This document shows positions 1-9,435 of a DNA stretch of 49,925 nt, piece by piece. The notes below the pieces were generated by a model. The model made no database searches, was not told the origin of the DNA, and was given only the letters and a program-made list of their open reading frames with translations. This stretch comes from a virus (taxonomy: Duplodnaviria; Caudoviricetes). The stretch lies in IMG/VR virus record IMGVR_UViG_3300010155_004257, positions 1 to 49,925 of that record; one strand, written 5' to 3'. The translations under genes and the position numbers were made by a program. Every line of letters begins with the position of its first letter. Position 1 is the first letter of the stretch.

Positions 1-1
1 T

Positions 2-187
2 AATACACCAGAAATGGATGTTTGCAAGGAACTTGGGGTACAACTGCTGTGGAATGTCGGCGGCGGAAAAATCCAAAGCTCATCTGATCTTGTCCGCGAA
101 TCAGGAATGGTGATAGCCACAGAGTCCGACGACCCTGACCTTCCGCTACCAAGCTCAGTCGAGATCCTAATGTCTACAAAAGTCTAG
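2..187 (+). CDS. Cytidylyltransferase-like protein (TagD/RibL family), C-terminal part; truncated by window start
   Basis: Not in the ORF track. Frame 2 read by hand gives NTPEMDVCKELGVQLLWNVGGGKIQSSSDLV...STKV*, with TAG at 185-187. The NTPE..VC.ELG.....GG.KIQSSS.L segment resembles the C-terminus of this family. Confidence 0.7.
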   Translation, partial: NTPEMDVCKELGVQLLWNVGGGKIQSSSDLVRESGMVIATESDDPDLPLPSSVEILMSTKV

Positions 188-211
188 GTAGGAGAATAAA
201 CTTCCTTACCT

Positions 212-219
212 CTAATTAC
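212..219 (+). promoter_or_regulatory. Candidate promoter core CTAATTAC upstream of phoH
   Basis: Identical 8-mer to 30346-30353; intergenic, 20 nt before the ATG. Confidence 0.3.
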
Positions 220-239
220 AATAGCAGAAAGAATCCTCA

Positions 240-1556
240 ATGAGCCGCAAAAAAATCTATATCCTAGATACCAGCATATACCTTACTAATGCAGATTGCA
301 TTTACGCTTTTAAAAATCACGATATTCAAGTACCATTGAAAGTCTTTGAAGAAATTGATAAACACAAGAAAAGACAAGATGCAGTTGGAGCCCAAGCTCG
401 AAAGATCATCCGGATTTGGGATGAACTCCGATCAGCTGGATCTCTAGACAAAGGCATACGTATACGCAAGGGACTCGGCACTGTCAAGTCTATCAGCGCT
501 GCAGGGATAACTCCTGCAGACCTTCCTTGTGATCTAGACGTCAAGGTCCCGGACCATCTTATCATTGCGACTGCACTCAAGGCTCAGCGTGAGAACGACC
601 GCAAGGTAATCCTCGTCTCCCGTGATATTAACATGCGAGTTATCGCTGATGCTATTGGTCTGACATCAGAAGATTTTCAAAACAATCAAGTCGTAGACAA
701 TAGCGAAAACATTTTTACAGGATATACGACAGTTCTGGTAGATGATCAAACAATAGATCGCTTCTATGAAAGACAGGATATCTATCTTGACACCCCAGGG
801 CTCTTTTCGAATCAATACGTTATGATGGTGTCCAGCGCTAATGAGAAAAAGACGGCTCTTGGAAAATTTATCACCGCGTCGATGCCTTTGCGGCAGCTGT
901 TTAAGGGCCGCAAAATCTGGGGAATCAAGCCTCGAAACAAAGAACAACAGTTCTTGATGGACGCATTGATGGACCCAGCCATCCAAATTGTGACTGCCAT
1001 CGGTAAGGCAGGTAGTGGTAAGACGATCTGTGCGATCGCAGCTGGGCTTGAACAGACCATAGACGAGTCCAAAGCCGAGTACACTCGCATAATCATCTCT
1101 CGCCCGGTACAGCCCCTTGGGAAGGACATTGGTTTCCTCCCAGGAACCATGGAAGAGAAGATGTCACCATGGTTGATGCCTATCCAGGACAATCTGCAGT
1201 TTTTGATGGGAAATGACAAAATAACTCTTGACATCTACCTGGAAAAGGGTATAATAGAAATAGAAGCTTTGACTTATATTCGTGGTCGATCAATCTCTAA
1301 TGCCTTTATGATAATAGATGAGGCACAAAACTTGACAACTCACGAATTAAAGACTATAATAACTAGAGTGGGAGAAGGTACTAAAATTGTGTTGACCGGA
1401 GACGTAGAACAGATCGATAACGTTTATATTGATGCAACGTCAAATGGATTGACGCATGCCGTTGAGAAGTTTAAGAACTTTGAACTGGCTTCTCATATTA
1501 CCCTGAGTAAGGGTGAGAGATCCAAGGTAGCAACCTTCGCCGCAGAAAACTTGTGA
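240..1556 (+). CDS. phoH: PIN-PhoH (PhoH2/YlaK-type) protein
   Basis: N-terminal PIN motifs (ILDTS, EEIDKHK, DHLII, SRDINMR), Walker A GKAGSGKT, IGFLPG, YIRGRS, IIDEAQN and GD..QID. Confidence 0.93.
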   Translation: MSRKKIYILDTSIYLTNADCIYAFKNHDIQVPLKVFEEIDKHKKRQDAVGAQARKIIRIWDELRSAGSLDKGIRIRKGLGTVKSISAAGITPADLPCDLDVKVPDHLIIATALKAQRENDRKVILVSRDINMRVIADAIGLTSEDFQNNQVVDNSENIFTGYTTVLVDDQTIDRFYERQDIYLDTPGLFSNQYVMMVSSANEKKTALGKFITASMPLRQLFKGRKIWGIKPRNKEQQFLMDALMDPAIQIVTAIGKAGSGKTICAIAAGLEQTIDESKAEYTRIIISRPVQPLGKDIGFLPGTMEEKMSPWLMPIQDNLQFLMGNDKITLDIYLEKGIIEIEALTYIRGRSISNAFMIIDEAQNLTTHELKTIITRVGEGTKIVLTGDVEQIDNVYIDATSNGLTHAVEKFKNFELASHITLSKGERSKVATFAAENL

Positions 1557-1563
1557 GATTAAG

Positions 1564-1806
1564 ATGGAAAACAAAAACCCTGATTTAGAGCGATATATTG
1601 AGACGACCAGTGGGTTGCGAGACTTGGTAGTCAACTATATTGGCAACCGGTTGGCAGCTCCGGAGGATGTGACGGTGGACATGGCAGTAGAAGTATTCGC
1701 TGCTGAGTTCCCCGAGTTCTTGATGGCCGTCGCAGAGGAAAACTTTTTGCGAGGTTATGAACAGGCCTTGATAGATGTTGAAAATATTGAAGTTCCACCT
1801 AAGTAA
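1564..1806 (+). CDS. Small acidic hypothetical protein (80 aa)
   Basis: Fills the gap between phoH and the next gene; TAATG overlap with the downstream start. Confidence 0.75.
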   Translation: MENKNPDLERYIETTSGLRDLVVNYIGNRLAAPEDVTVDMAVEVFAAEFPEFLMAVAEENFLRGYEQALIDVENIEVPPK

Positions 1807-2426
1807 TGGAATATCATATTTATAATGTCCCGGTCTTTGTGGTCGACGCTCCCGAAGATCTTGATATTGTACGTTCATTCTGTGAAGAAGTAGAGACTTA
1901 TTTACGTGCCACCTTTATGACGAATATCGACGTGGTGTATATCGGGAACTTCAAAGATTTGGGCACCCGAAGTGCAGCCTTTACTAATGGAGGGATATAC
2001 ATGCGCGCCGACGAGCCTACAAGCTTTGATTACCTCCAGAATTTTGTGCATGAGTTAGCTCATTCACTTGAAGTCGAGTATGGGACGGAGATTTATTCCA
2101 CCGCGGTCAAAGAAGAATTCTCTGGTAAACGAGAACGATTGCGCCATATCTTAGAAAGCCAGGGATTTACCATTAACCCCGCTCTCTATCAGTTTACTGA
2201 ATACAACCAAAAGTTTGATGAATTTCTTGCTTTGGAAGTGGGATACCCCACATTACTAACCCTAACCATGGGGTTGTTTGCGTCTCCTTATGCAGCAACG
2301 TCGCTGCAGGAGTACTTTGCTAATGGATTTGAGAAATACATTTTAGAGGATCCTCGCATTGTAAAAGACACCAGCCCCATATTATATGATAAGATTGAAG
2401 AAATAGTTGATGACAAACAAACGTGA
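1806..2426 (+). CDS. Putative zinc metallopeptidase (HExxH, lethal-factor/MtfA-like)
   Basis: HELAH motif plus a downstream YAATSLQEYFANGFE that could supply the third zinc ligand. Confidence 0.65.
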   Translation: MEYHIYNVPVFVVDAPEDLDIVRSFCEEVETYLRATFMTNIDVVYIGNFKDLGTRSAAFTNGGIYMRADEPTSFDYLQNFVHELAHSLEVEYGTEIYSTAVKEEFSGKRERLRHILESQGFTINPALYQFTEYNQKFDEFLALEVGYPTLLTLTMGLFASPYAATSLQEYFANGFEKYILEDPRIVKDTSPILYDKIEEIVDDKQT

Positions 2427-3192
2427 ACATATATCCTATTCCGAACTGAAAGATTGGGCCCAGTGCCCCCACTATCACAAAAAAGCATGGATTGAAAAGG
2501 TTTCCCGATTCGAGGGAAACGAATACACAGCCTTCGGATCAGCCATTCATGACGTTTGCGAGAAGAAGCTTCTCAAGGAACAGATTGATGAGGCAGAGGT
2601 ATTTCAAATTGGCTTCGACAAGCAACTGCAAGAGTTGATGGAGAAAAACGTTGCCTTTGATAAAGATCGGGTTGAGGACATGCGCACCGCAGGTCCGGCT
2701 ATTCTAGCGGAAGTGGAAGACGCCCTGGAAGACTACTTCGGAGACTATGAGGTTTTCTCTTCCGAGGAAAAACTATATGTCCCTATCGAAAACTTCAACA
2801 TACACTTTAAGGGTTTCGTCGATGCAGTTGTAAAGGTCGGAGACACATACCATCTGTTCGACTGGAAGACTTGCTCTTGGGGATGGGACAGCCGCCGAAA
2901 GGCTGAGAAGATCGTCACATACCAGCTAACCCTGTATAAACACTTCTTCTGTCAGAAGCACAATATTGACCCCAAGAAGGTAGAAACCCACTTCGCCCTC
3001 CTGAAAAGAACCGCTAAGAAAAACAGAGTGGAGATCTTCAGAGTAACGAGCGGAGAGAAAAAAACAGAAAATGCTCTTAAACTTCTGTATCAGGCAATCT
3101 ATAATATCACTAAAAGGTTTAGTATCAAGAACAGGCTGAATTGCCATAAGCCCTATCCCTGCAAATTGCTCAATACACCACACTGCCCATAA
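2410..3192 (+). CDS. PD-(D/E)XK exonuclease, Cas4/AddB-like, with probable Fe-S cysteines
   Basis: SYSEL...QCP, GSAIH, GFVDAV...FDWKT, QLTLY and C-terminal C..C..C (NCHKPYPCKLLNTPHCP). ATG at 2410 chosen over TTG at 2407. Confidence 0.85.
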   Translation: MTNKREHISYSELKDWAQCPHYHKKAWIEKVSRFEGNEYTAFGSAIHDVCEKKLLKEQIDEAEVFQIGFDKQLQELMEKNVAFDKDRVEDMRTAGPAILAEVEDALEDYFGDYEVFSSEEKLYVPIENFNIHFKGFVDAVVKVGDTYHLFDWKTCSWGWDSRRKAEKIVTYQLTLYKHFFCQKHNIDPKKVETHFALLKRTAKKNRVEIFRVTSGEKKTENALKLLYQAIYNITKRFSIKNRLNCHKPYPCKLLNTPHCP

Positions 3193-3201
3193 GGAACTAA
3201 T

Positions 3202-4455
3202 ATGTCTGATAAAATCAAGATTTTCACTATCAGTGATCATCCTCTCTCTCCGTCCGGAGTCGGAACACAAACAAAATATATAATTGAAGGAATGCTCAAA
3301 ACTGGAAAGTATCAGTTTGTGTCCTTTGGGGGAGCTATCAAGCACCCGAAACACGATCCTCAATATACACCAGAGTGGGGTCAGGACTGGGTTATTTGGC
3401 CAGTCGATGGTTATGGCAATGCGGATATGGTCCGCGCTATGATCCACCAGCAAAAACCCGACATTCTGTGGTTCATGACAGACCCTCGTTTTTATACGTG
3501 GCTCTGGGATATCGAACACGAGATCCGCGCGCACCTTCCCATGGTTTATTATCATGTGTGGGATAACTACCCCTACCCTACCTTTAACAAAGTCTGGTAC
3601 GATTCCACAGACCATATTGCATGTATCTCAAAACTTACTCATGATATAGTCAAGACCGTAGCTCCCGATGTGGGAAGCTCCTATATCCCCCATGCGGTGA
3701 ATATGGAGATCTTCTCCCCAATGGAGCCAGAGATTGTTCAAGCGTTCCGCAAGGAAAAGAAACTAGATGATAAATTCGTGGTTTTATGGAATAACCGAAA
3801 TGCACGACGAAAGCAGTCAGGATCTCTTATCTATTGGTTCAAGGCCTTCTTAGACAAGAACGATGCCCACGGAAAGGCCACTCTTATCATGCATACTGAT
3901 CCAAAAGATGTCCACGGACAAGATCTGGAAGCAATTATGCAGGAGTTAAACCTCCTCAATGGGGAAGTGCTTATTTCTAAAAATAAAGTCGAGTCTAAAG
4001 ATCTGGCTGGAATGTATAATATGGCAGATGTCACTATCAATATTTCTGACGCCGAAGGGTTTGGATTAGCTACTCTAGAGTCTCTCTCTTGTGGAACACC
4101 TATCATCGTGAATATGACAGGTGGTATGCAGGATCAGATAACAGACGGAGAAAATTGGTATGGTATTGGTTTGGAGCCTGTTTCAAAGGCGATTATCGGA
4201 AGTCAGGATGTTCCTTTTATTTATGAGGACCGGCTTTCTGAGGATCAGGTAGTGGGCGCCCTTACAGAAATGTATACGATGAGTAAAACTGAGCGCGCCG
4301 CCTGGGGCGAACAGTGTAGAGAATGGGCCCTCCGTGGTTTTAACTTCGACACTTTTGTAGAGTCTTGGGACAAACTATTTACGAGCATTTGTGATAAGCA
4401 TGGTTCATGGAGCACCCGGGCCGGCTATAAGAAGTACGTGGTAAAGGAACTATAA
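3202..4455 (+). CDS. GT-B glycosyltransferase, GT4-like
   Basis: SGVGTQ, YIPHAVN, NRNARRKQ and EGFGLATLESLSCGTPII; AAGGA SD-like sequence upstream. Confidence 0.88.
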   Translation: MSDKIKIFTISDHPLSPSGVGTQTKYIIEGMLKTGKYQFVSFGGAIKHPKHDPQYTPEWGQDWVIWPVDGYGNADMVRAMIHQQKPDILWFMTDPRFYTWLWDIEHEIRAHLPMVYYHVWDNYPYPTFNKVWYDSTDHIACISKLTHDIVKTVAPDVGSSYIPHAVNMEIFSPMEPEIVQAFRKEKKLDDKFVVLWNNRNARRKQSGSLIYWFKAFLDKNDAHGKATLIMHTDPKDVHGQDLEAIMQELNLLNGEVLISKNKVESKDLAGMYNMADVTINISDAEGFGLATLESLSCGTPIIVNMTGGMQDQITDGENWYGIGLEPVSKAIIGSQDVPFIYEDRLSEDQVVGALTEMYTMSKTERAAWGEQCREWALRGFNFDTFVESWDKLFTSICDKHGSWSTRAGYKKYVVKEL

Positions 4456-6485
4456 TGAGAAAGACGATTTTGGTAAAAGCCCCCGCGCTATCGCGCTCCG
4501 GCTACGGCGAGCAAGCTCGCTTTGCATTACGTGCATTGCGCACACGAGAAGATGTTTTGGATATTTATATTGTAAATATCCCATGGGGACAGACGGGCCT
4601 CATCGTGGAAGAGAGCGAAGAAAGGGTATGGCTTGATCAAATAATTCAGAAGACGCAAATCTATGTCCAAAATCAAGGTACCTTCGATCTTTCCTTACAA
4701 ATTACTATTCCCAATGAATTCGAGAAGATTGCCCCTTACAATGTAGGGTACACTGCTGGTATTGAAACGACAAAAGTCGCTCCTCAATGGATAGAGAAAA
4801 GTAACTTGATGGTAGACAAGATCATTACCATCTCGGAACACTCCAAGAAAGTATTTGAAAACACTAAATATGATGTCGGCAACCGCGAAACCGGGGAAAA
4901 GGTCAAAGGCTGGGGGCTCCAAGTACCTGTGGAAGTTGTCAACTACGCAGTACGAGAGGAAGAACCCCAGGAAGTAGATATTAAATTTACCACTACTAAG
5001 AATTTCCTTGCTGTGTCTCAATGGGGGCCCCGAAAGAACCTTGAAAATACCATTGTATGGTTTGCTCAAGAGTTCAAAGATGATGCTGACGTCGGCCTCG
5101 TGGTGAAAACAAGTACCGCATGTGACAGTCTTCGAGATCGTATGTTTACCGAAAGCCGCATACAGGGGCTTCTGGCTAATGTCCCGGACCGGAAGTGCAA
5201 GATATATTTTGTGCACGGGGAACTGTCCCCCGGCCAGCTTACCTGGCTCTACCAGCATCCTACGATGAAAGCTTTGATCAATATAGCTCATGGTGAAGGA
5301 TATGGATTACCCCTTTTTGAGGCGGCCTATAACGGTTTGCCCCTACTGACTATTGCATGGAGCGGCCAACTAGACTTTATGTGTCGTCCCAATAAGAAAG
5401 GCAAAAGCTTCCCACGGATTATCAAGGTTGATTATGATGTTCAGCAAATTCAGAAGACTGCTGTCTGGGATGGTGTCTTACAAGCCGACTCCATGTGGGC
5501 ATATGCCAAGGAGGCTTCTTACAAGCAGGGCCTCCGAGCAGCAATTGAGAAAGACAAGCATTACAAGCAAGAGGCACTAGGCCTACAAAAGTATATCCTG
5601 GAGAATTTTACGCAAGAGAAGATTTATGCCCAGTTTGTTGATAGCCTAGGGGCCACTCTCGAAGCAGACGCCTCGATCGCCACTCTGAAGCAAGATTTGT
5701 TGGCAATCGAGAATCCCAAGGAGAGAGCAACGGCCGCCGTCGAAGCACTTCAGGGACAGTTGCTGCAGACTGAAAAATTGGAGTTACTGAAAGACTTGTT
5801 CAAGGGAGAGAGTTGCTATGTCCTCTCGTGTGGGCCAACCCTCACCGAGCACGATAGTGATAAGCTCACAGCTCTGTTGGGCGACACCCTTACTGTTTCA
5901 ATTAAGCAGGCCTATGACCTCTTCTCTGAGGTTACAGACTTTCATGTCTACAATTGCGCCAATTATAAGAATTATGATTATTCCAAGAAGCGGCCTGTTG
6001 TTATGGAAGCATCCACTACCCCGTTCAAACTGGGTGAGTGTGATCTCAAGTTCTTTATTCGCGAGCGCAATTTTGATAACTCCGTTTCTGAGAAGAAGAA
6101 CTTTGGTGACTGGACGCTTGATACACAAAGCCTCCTGCGTCCTTATGGCCCAGGGATCATGTATGAGGGAGTCTTTTATTTGCTCCAGCATCTAGGCGTA
6201 AGTGAGGCCACAACGATTGGGTGGGATAACAAACTCTTGCCCGACGGCGCCGACCAGCAGCACTTCTACGATAAGAAGGGAAGCAAATATGACAAGGCCA
6301 ATTTTATTCATAGCAATGAAGTAGCAGCCAATGACGCTGCAGTCGAGACTTTGTCTCATGAAGAAAAAATCACCTTAGCAGTCGTGGACGAGTGGTATGA
6401 GTGGCTCAAGGCTGAAGGCTGTGAGTTGAAGATTATATCTCGACTCAATCCGGCCAGCCAAAAGATTGCGCGCGTGGAGCTGTGA
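4455..6485 (+). CDS. Two-domain protein: GT4-like glycosyltransferase plus C-terminal Maf/DUF115/sialyltransferase-like domain
   Basis: N-terminal part has SGYG, GPRKN and EGYGLPLFEAA. From about nt 5787: LKDLFKGESCYVLSCGPTL ... LQHLGVSEATTIGWD ... HFYD, the pattern of Maf/DUF115 and GT29/GT42-like folds. Confidence 0.78.
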   Translation: MRKTILVKAPALSRSGYGEQARFALRALRTREDVLDIYIVNIPWGQTGLIVEESEERVWLDQIIQKTQIYVQNQGTFDLSLQITIPNEFEKIAPYNVGYTAGIETTKVAPQWIEKSNLMVDKIITISEHSKKVFENTKYDVGNRETGEKVKGWGLQVPVEVVNYAVREEEPQEVDIKFTTTKNFLAVSQWGPRKNLENTIVWFAQEFKDDADVGLVVKTSTACDSLRDRMFTESRIQGLLANVPDRKCKIYFVHGELSPGQLTWLYQHPTMKALINIAHGEGYGLPLFEAAYNGLPLLTIAWSGQLDFMCRPNKKGKSFPRIIKVDYDVQQIQKTAVWDGVLQADSMWAYAKEASYKQGLRAAIEKDKHYKQEALGLQKYILENFTQEKIYAQFVDSLGATLEADASIATLKQDLLAIENPKERATAAVEALQGQLLQTEKLELLKDLFKGESCYVLSCGPTLTEHDSDKLTALLGDTLTVSIKQAYDLFSEVTDFHVYNCANYKNYDYSKKRPVVMEASTTPFKLGECDLKFFIRERNFDNSVSEKKNFGDWTLDTQSLLRPYGPGIMYEGVFYLLQHLGVSEATTIGWDNKLLPDGADQQHFYDKKGSKYDKANFIHSNEVAANDAAVETLSHEEKITLAVVDEWYEWLKAEGCELKIISRLNPASQKIARVEL

Positions 6486-7459
6486 CACGATACCTCATTA
6501 CTGGCGGTACCGGATCTCTTGGTAAAGCCCTGATCGAGAAACTTCTGGCACTAAACCCCCAAAACGAAATTATCGTGTTCAGTCGCGACGAGGGGAAGCA
6601 GGCCCTCTCATTCGGCAATAATCCCGCGATTATTCGTGTAATTGGCGATATTAGAGATTTTCAAAAGCTTAATGTCACCATGAAACGCCATAAGCCTCAG
6701 ATGGTAATCCATACCGCAGCCCTCAAGCGGATTGATGATATGGAGTTTCACCCCGATGAGTGTGTCAAGACCAATATCACGGGGTCAGAAAACGTGGCCC
6801 ACGCTGCGCTCCTCAACGGTGTAGAAAAGTGTATTCTTATTTCTACCGACAAAGCATGCCAGCCAGTCAATGTGTATGGTTCATCTAAATTTATTGCTGA
6901 ACGATGTTTCACCAATTACGATTACCATTCAGAGACTACCATTTTCGCCTCGGTTCGTTATGGCAATGTGATTGCGTCGCGTGGGTCTTTTATTCCTCTT
7001 TGGTTGTCCCTTCTGGCTGACGGGCAGAAGATCAAAGTGACATCGACCGACATGTCTCGATTCCTCTTTACTTTGGAAGACGCGGTTGATACTGTGCTAG
7101 GAGCGTTAGAGAACGCTCAAGGGGGAGAAGTTTTCATTCCCCAAATCTGCTCCTACGATATGAATACTATCATTGCAGCGGTGGCACAAATGCATGGGTC
7201 CCCTGTCGAATACGATCTAATTGGACTGCGTCCGGGCGAGAAACTCCACGAAGATATGCTCGCGGCAACCGAATTGCCCTTTACTTACAAGGTACCAGAT
7301 ATCAACCTTCTGTCGGTCCGACCTCAGTACACTAAACGCCTCTTTCGGGCCGAGTGGGAAGGCTACAATGGCCCAGAGTTTAACTCGGCTCTCCACATGA
7401 GTGACAACGTCGAAGAGTTGGTGCAACTCATACAACGAGGTCTTGAGGATGCCAATTAG
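6482..7459 (+). CDS. pseB: UDP-GlcNAc 4,6-dehydratase, PseB/FlaA1/CapD family
   Basis: GGTGSLG, SRDE.KQ, HTAALK, STDKA, YGSSK, RYGNV..SRGS and RPGEKLHE. The symbol denotes the family; exact stereochemistry is not provable. Confidence 0.88.
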   Translation: MTRYLITGGTGSLGKALIEKLLALNPQNEIIVFSRDEGKQALSFGNNPAIIRVIGDIRDFQKLNVTMKRHKPQMVIHTAALKRIDDMEFHPDECVKTNITGSENVAHAALLNGVEKCILISTDKACQPVNVYGSSKFIAERCFTNYDYHSETTIFASVRYGNVIASRGSFIPLWLSLLADGQKIKVTSTDMSRFLFTLEDAVDTVLGALENAQGGEVFIPQICSYDMNTIIAAVAQMHGSPVEYDLIGLRPGEKLHEDMLAATELPFTYKVPDINLLSVRPQYTKRLFRAEWEGYNGPEFNSALHMSDNVEELVQLIQRGLEDAN

Positions 7460-8459
7460 TTCGAGCAAACTCAAAGCCTTTGATTCCACGATTGCGGAGA
7501 AAGATCTCCCCCCAATTATTGAAATTTTGAGAAAGGGAGAGTTGGGCTTCGGACCTAAGGTGGGAGAATTTGAAAAGGCCTTTGGCTCTTTCTCCCAGAA
7601 GCGATACAACATTGCTACCAATTCTGCTTCCGCGGCCGCCTACATGATTTTTGCCTACCTGCGCGCCCACCAAGGGGAGTGTGATGTTTATACCACATCT
7701 TTGGGATTTACATCACCGGCTTGGGCCGCTCAAGCGACAGGTCATAGAATAATCTTTGTAGATGTGGATGAAAACCTCCAGTTTTCTACCGCCGACTATA
7801 AAACTAAACGAACAATACCGCCGAAGAATTCGAATGATGAGGGTGAGCGTCCTGTGGTCCTAATGCCAGTGCTCTATGGGGGTGTGAGTACAATTGAAGG
7901 TTTTGAGCCCTATGGGGATGAAATTATCGTCGTGGATAGTGCGCATTGTGTGACCCCCACCATCAAGTCTGATTTTGTCTTTTTCTCTTTTCATCCTTAT
8001 AAACCGATTTGCAGCCCGGACGGGGGCCTAATTGGCACCAACCACTCAGAAGCTGCGACTTATCTACGTAATTATCGTAACTTTGGGCGTACGCCTAATG
8101 GCCACACCTATGATATCACACAGGAGGGCTTTAAGTTCTATATGAATAATTTGAGTGCGGCGGTTGCCCTGACGCAGCTCCCCCACTATGAAAAGAAGTT
8201 GTCGCACCGTAAAACTAACTATGAAAAATGGGCAGAGCAATATAGTTTGCTACCTCAAGATGAAAAGTCTTCTTATTATCTGGCCACCACCCTAGTGGAT
8301 AATGCCAGTGAGTTGCTCGATACCATAGGGGTCAGTCGCCATTACCCCATGCTGCATAAGACCACATATTATGACCCTCAGCATGACGCGCCACTTCTAT
8401 ATTTAGAAAGCGTCCACTCCAAAATTCTCAACCTACCATTATATGAGGTGAAAACATGA
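7449..8459 (+). CDS. pseC: PLP-dependent nucleotide-sugar aminotransferase, DegT/PseC family
   Basis: GPKVGEFEKAF, DSAH and FSFHPYKPI (PLP lysine) followed by DGG. Start moved to the ATG at 7449, which overlaps the upstream gene end. The symbol denotes the family. Confidence 0.85.
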   Translation: MPISSSKLKAFDSTIAEKDLPPIIEILRKGELGFGPKVGEFEKAFGSFSQKRYNIATNSASAAAYMIFAYLRAHQGECDVYTTSLGFTSPAWAAQATGHRIIFVDVDENLQFSTADYKTKRTIPPKNSNDEGERPVVLMPVLYGGVSTIEGFEPYGDEIIVVDSAHCVTPTIKSDFVFFSFHPYKPICSPDGGLIGTNHSEAATYLRNYRNFGRTPNGHTYDITQEGFKFYMNNLSAAVALTQLPHYEKKLSHRKTNYEKWAEQYSLLPQDEKSSYYLATTLVDNASELLDTIGVSRHYPMLHKTTYYDPQHDAPLLYLESVHSKILNLPLYEVKT

Positions 8460-9253
8460 AAAAGTGGGAAGACAACAAACGGGCCCATGAAGGCGTGTGG
8501 GGCAAAGTATATGAACATGCTCAGTCTCAAATAGCTGATGGTAAATCTGTCTTAGAGGCCTGGACAAACACAAATCTTTACGAGATGCAGACAAGTGCTC
8601 TCGGCCGGGATATGCGAAATATTCCCTATATTCTGAAAGATAGACTCTACTTTGCGACCGCCCAAGAATATCTTGATATCAAATTAGGCGTACTGACAGA
8701 AGCTCTTATGAATCGTTTATCATCCGATACCGATCTGATTGTTGATTTGGGGTCCGGATGGGGGCGCAATAGTATTTATCTGTCGCACCTCTTTGGCAAT
8801 ACCTATGACTTTTTAGCCTGCGAGTTGTCGGACAATGGGCGCCTTTGCACAGACCATTTTATTGATACATTCGATCTCCCCATCACGACTCTCCCCTTTA
8901 ACTACTATGACAACACCACCCTGTGTTCCCACCTAAGAGAGAGTGAATATCAGAAAGTAGTGTTCTTTAGTAGTTTTTCTATTGAGCAGATTCCCACGAT
9001 TGGTAAGACCTTTTTTACATCTCTGCTGGAGCTACCAATCCCGGAGATGGATTTCGTGCATCTTGAGCCGGTAAGCTGGCAACTTCTAAACACCCCGAAG
9101 AACACCTCTGATCGTTATAATGAAGATCTCGTGGAGGTAATCCAGCAACTAGAAAGCGCCAAGCTTGGCACCATTCATCACATGGAAGCTAACCACTATG
9201 GACATAGGCAGGAATGGGCCGCGTCGCTAATTACATGGTCTAAAACAACTTGA
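8456..9253 (+). CDS. Class I SAM-dependent methyltransferase-like protein
   Basis: IVDLGSGWG motif I, then ACELS and SIEQIP; ATGA overlap with the upstream stop. Confidence 0.72.
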   Translation: MKKWEDNKRAHEGVWGKVYEHAQSQIADGKSVLEAWTNTNLYEMQTSALGRDMRNIPYILKDRLYFATAQEYLDIKLGVLTEALMNRLSSDTDLIVDLGSGWGRNSIYLSHLFGNTYDFLACELSDNGRLCTDHFIDTFDLPITTLPFNYYDNTTLCSHLRESEYQKVVFFSSFSIEQIPTIGKTFFTSLLELPIPEMDFVHLEPVSWQLLNTPKNTSDRYNEDLVEVIQQLESAKLGTIHHMEANHYGHRQEWAASLITWSKTT

Positions 9254-9375
9254 TGAGTTATGTTGAGACAGAGAAAGCCCGAGTACAAGAGTCCTTGGGT
9301 GATACTGGGTTTGCTATCTCCCATGTCTACCACTTACTTACTGATGAACAACCCCACCAGTGGAAATATATGTGA
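9253..9375 (+). CDS. Possible 40-aa ORF or gene remnant
   Basis: Not in the ORF track. TGATG coupling to the upstream stop; reads MSYVETEKARVQESLGDTGFAISHVYHLLTDEQPHQWKYM*. Confidence 0.35.
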   Translation: MSYVETEKARVQESLGDTGFAISHVYHLLTDEQPHQWKYM

Positions 9376-9399
9376 TAAAAATCACCCATTATATGGTAC

Positions 9400-9413
9400 A
9401 CTATCTACTAGAG
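9400..9413 (+). promoter_or_regulatory. Candidate late-promoter element ACTATCTACTAGAG
   Basis: 12/14 match to 30345-30358; lies in the largest gap of the glycosylation cluster. Confidence 0.33.
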
Positions 9414-9435
9414 CTAAAAAAGCACTGGAATAAAT

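Noticed and set aside
186-211. Imperfect hairpin AGGTAGGAG...CTTCCTTACCT as a terminator
   Set aside because: The stem needs bulges and no U-tract follows.
2410-3192. Cas4-like gene as part of a CRISPR-Cas system
   Set aside because: No repeat-spacer array and no cas1, cas2 or effector genes are visible; solo Cas4-like nucleases are common in phages.
2926-3615. 229-aa minus-strand ORF and the other minus-strand or nested ORFs in the track
   Set aside because: They lie antisense to, or out of frame within, well-supported plus-strand genes and have no recognisable motifs; treated as shadow ORFs.
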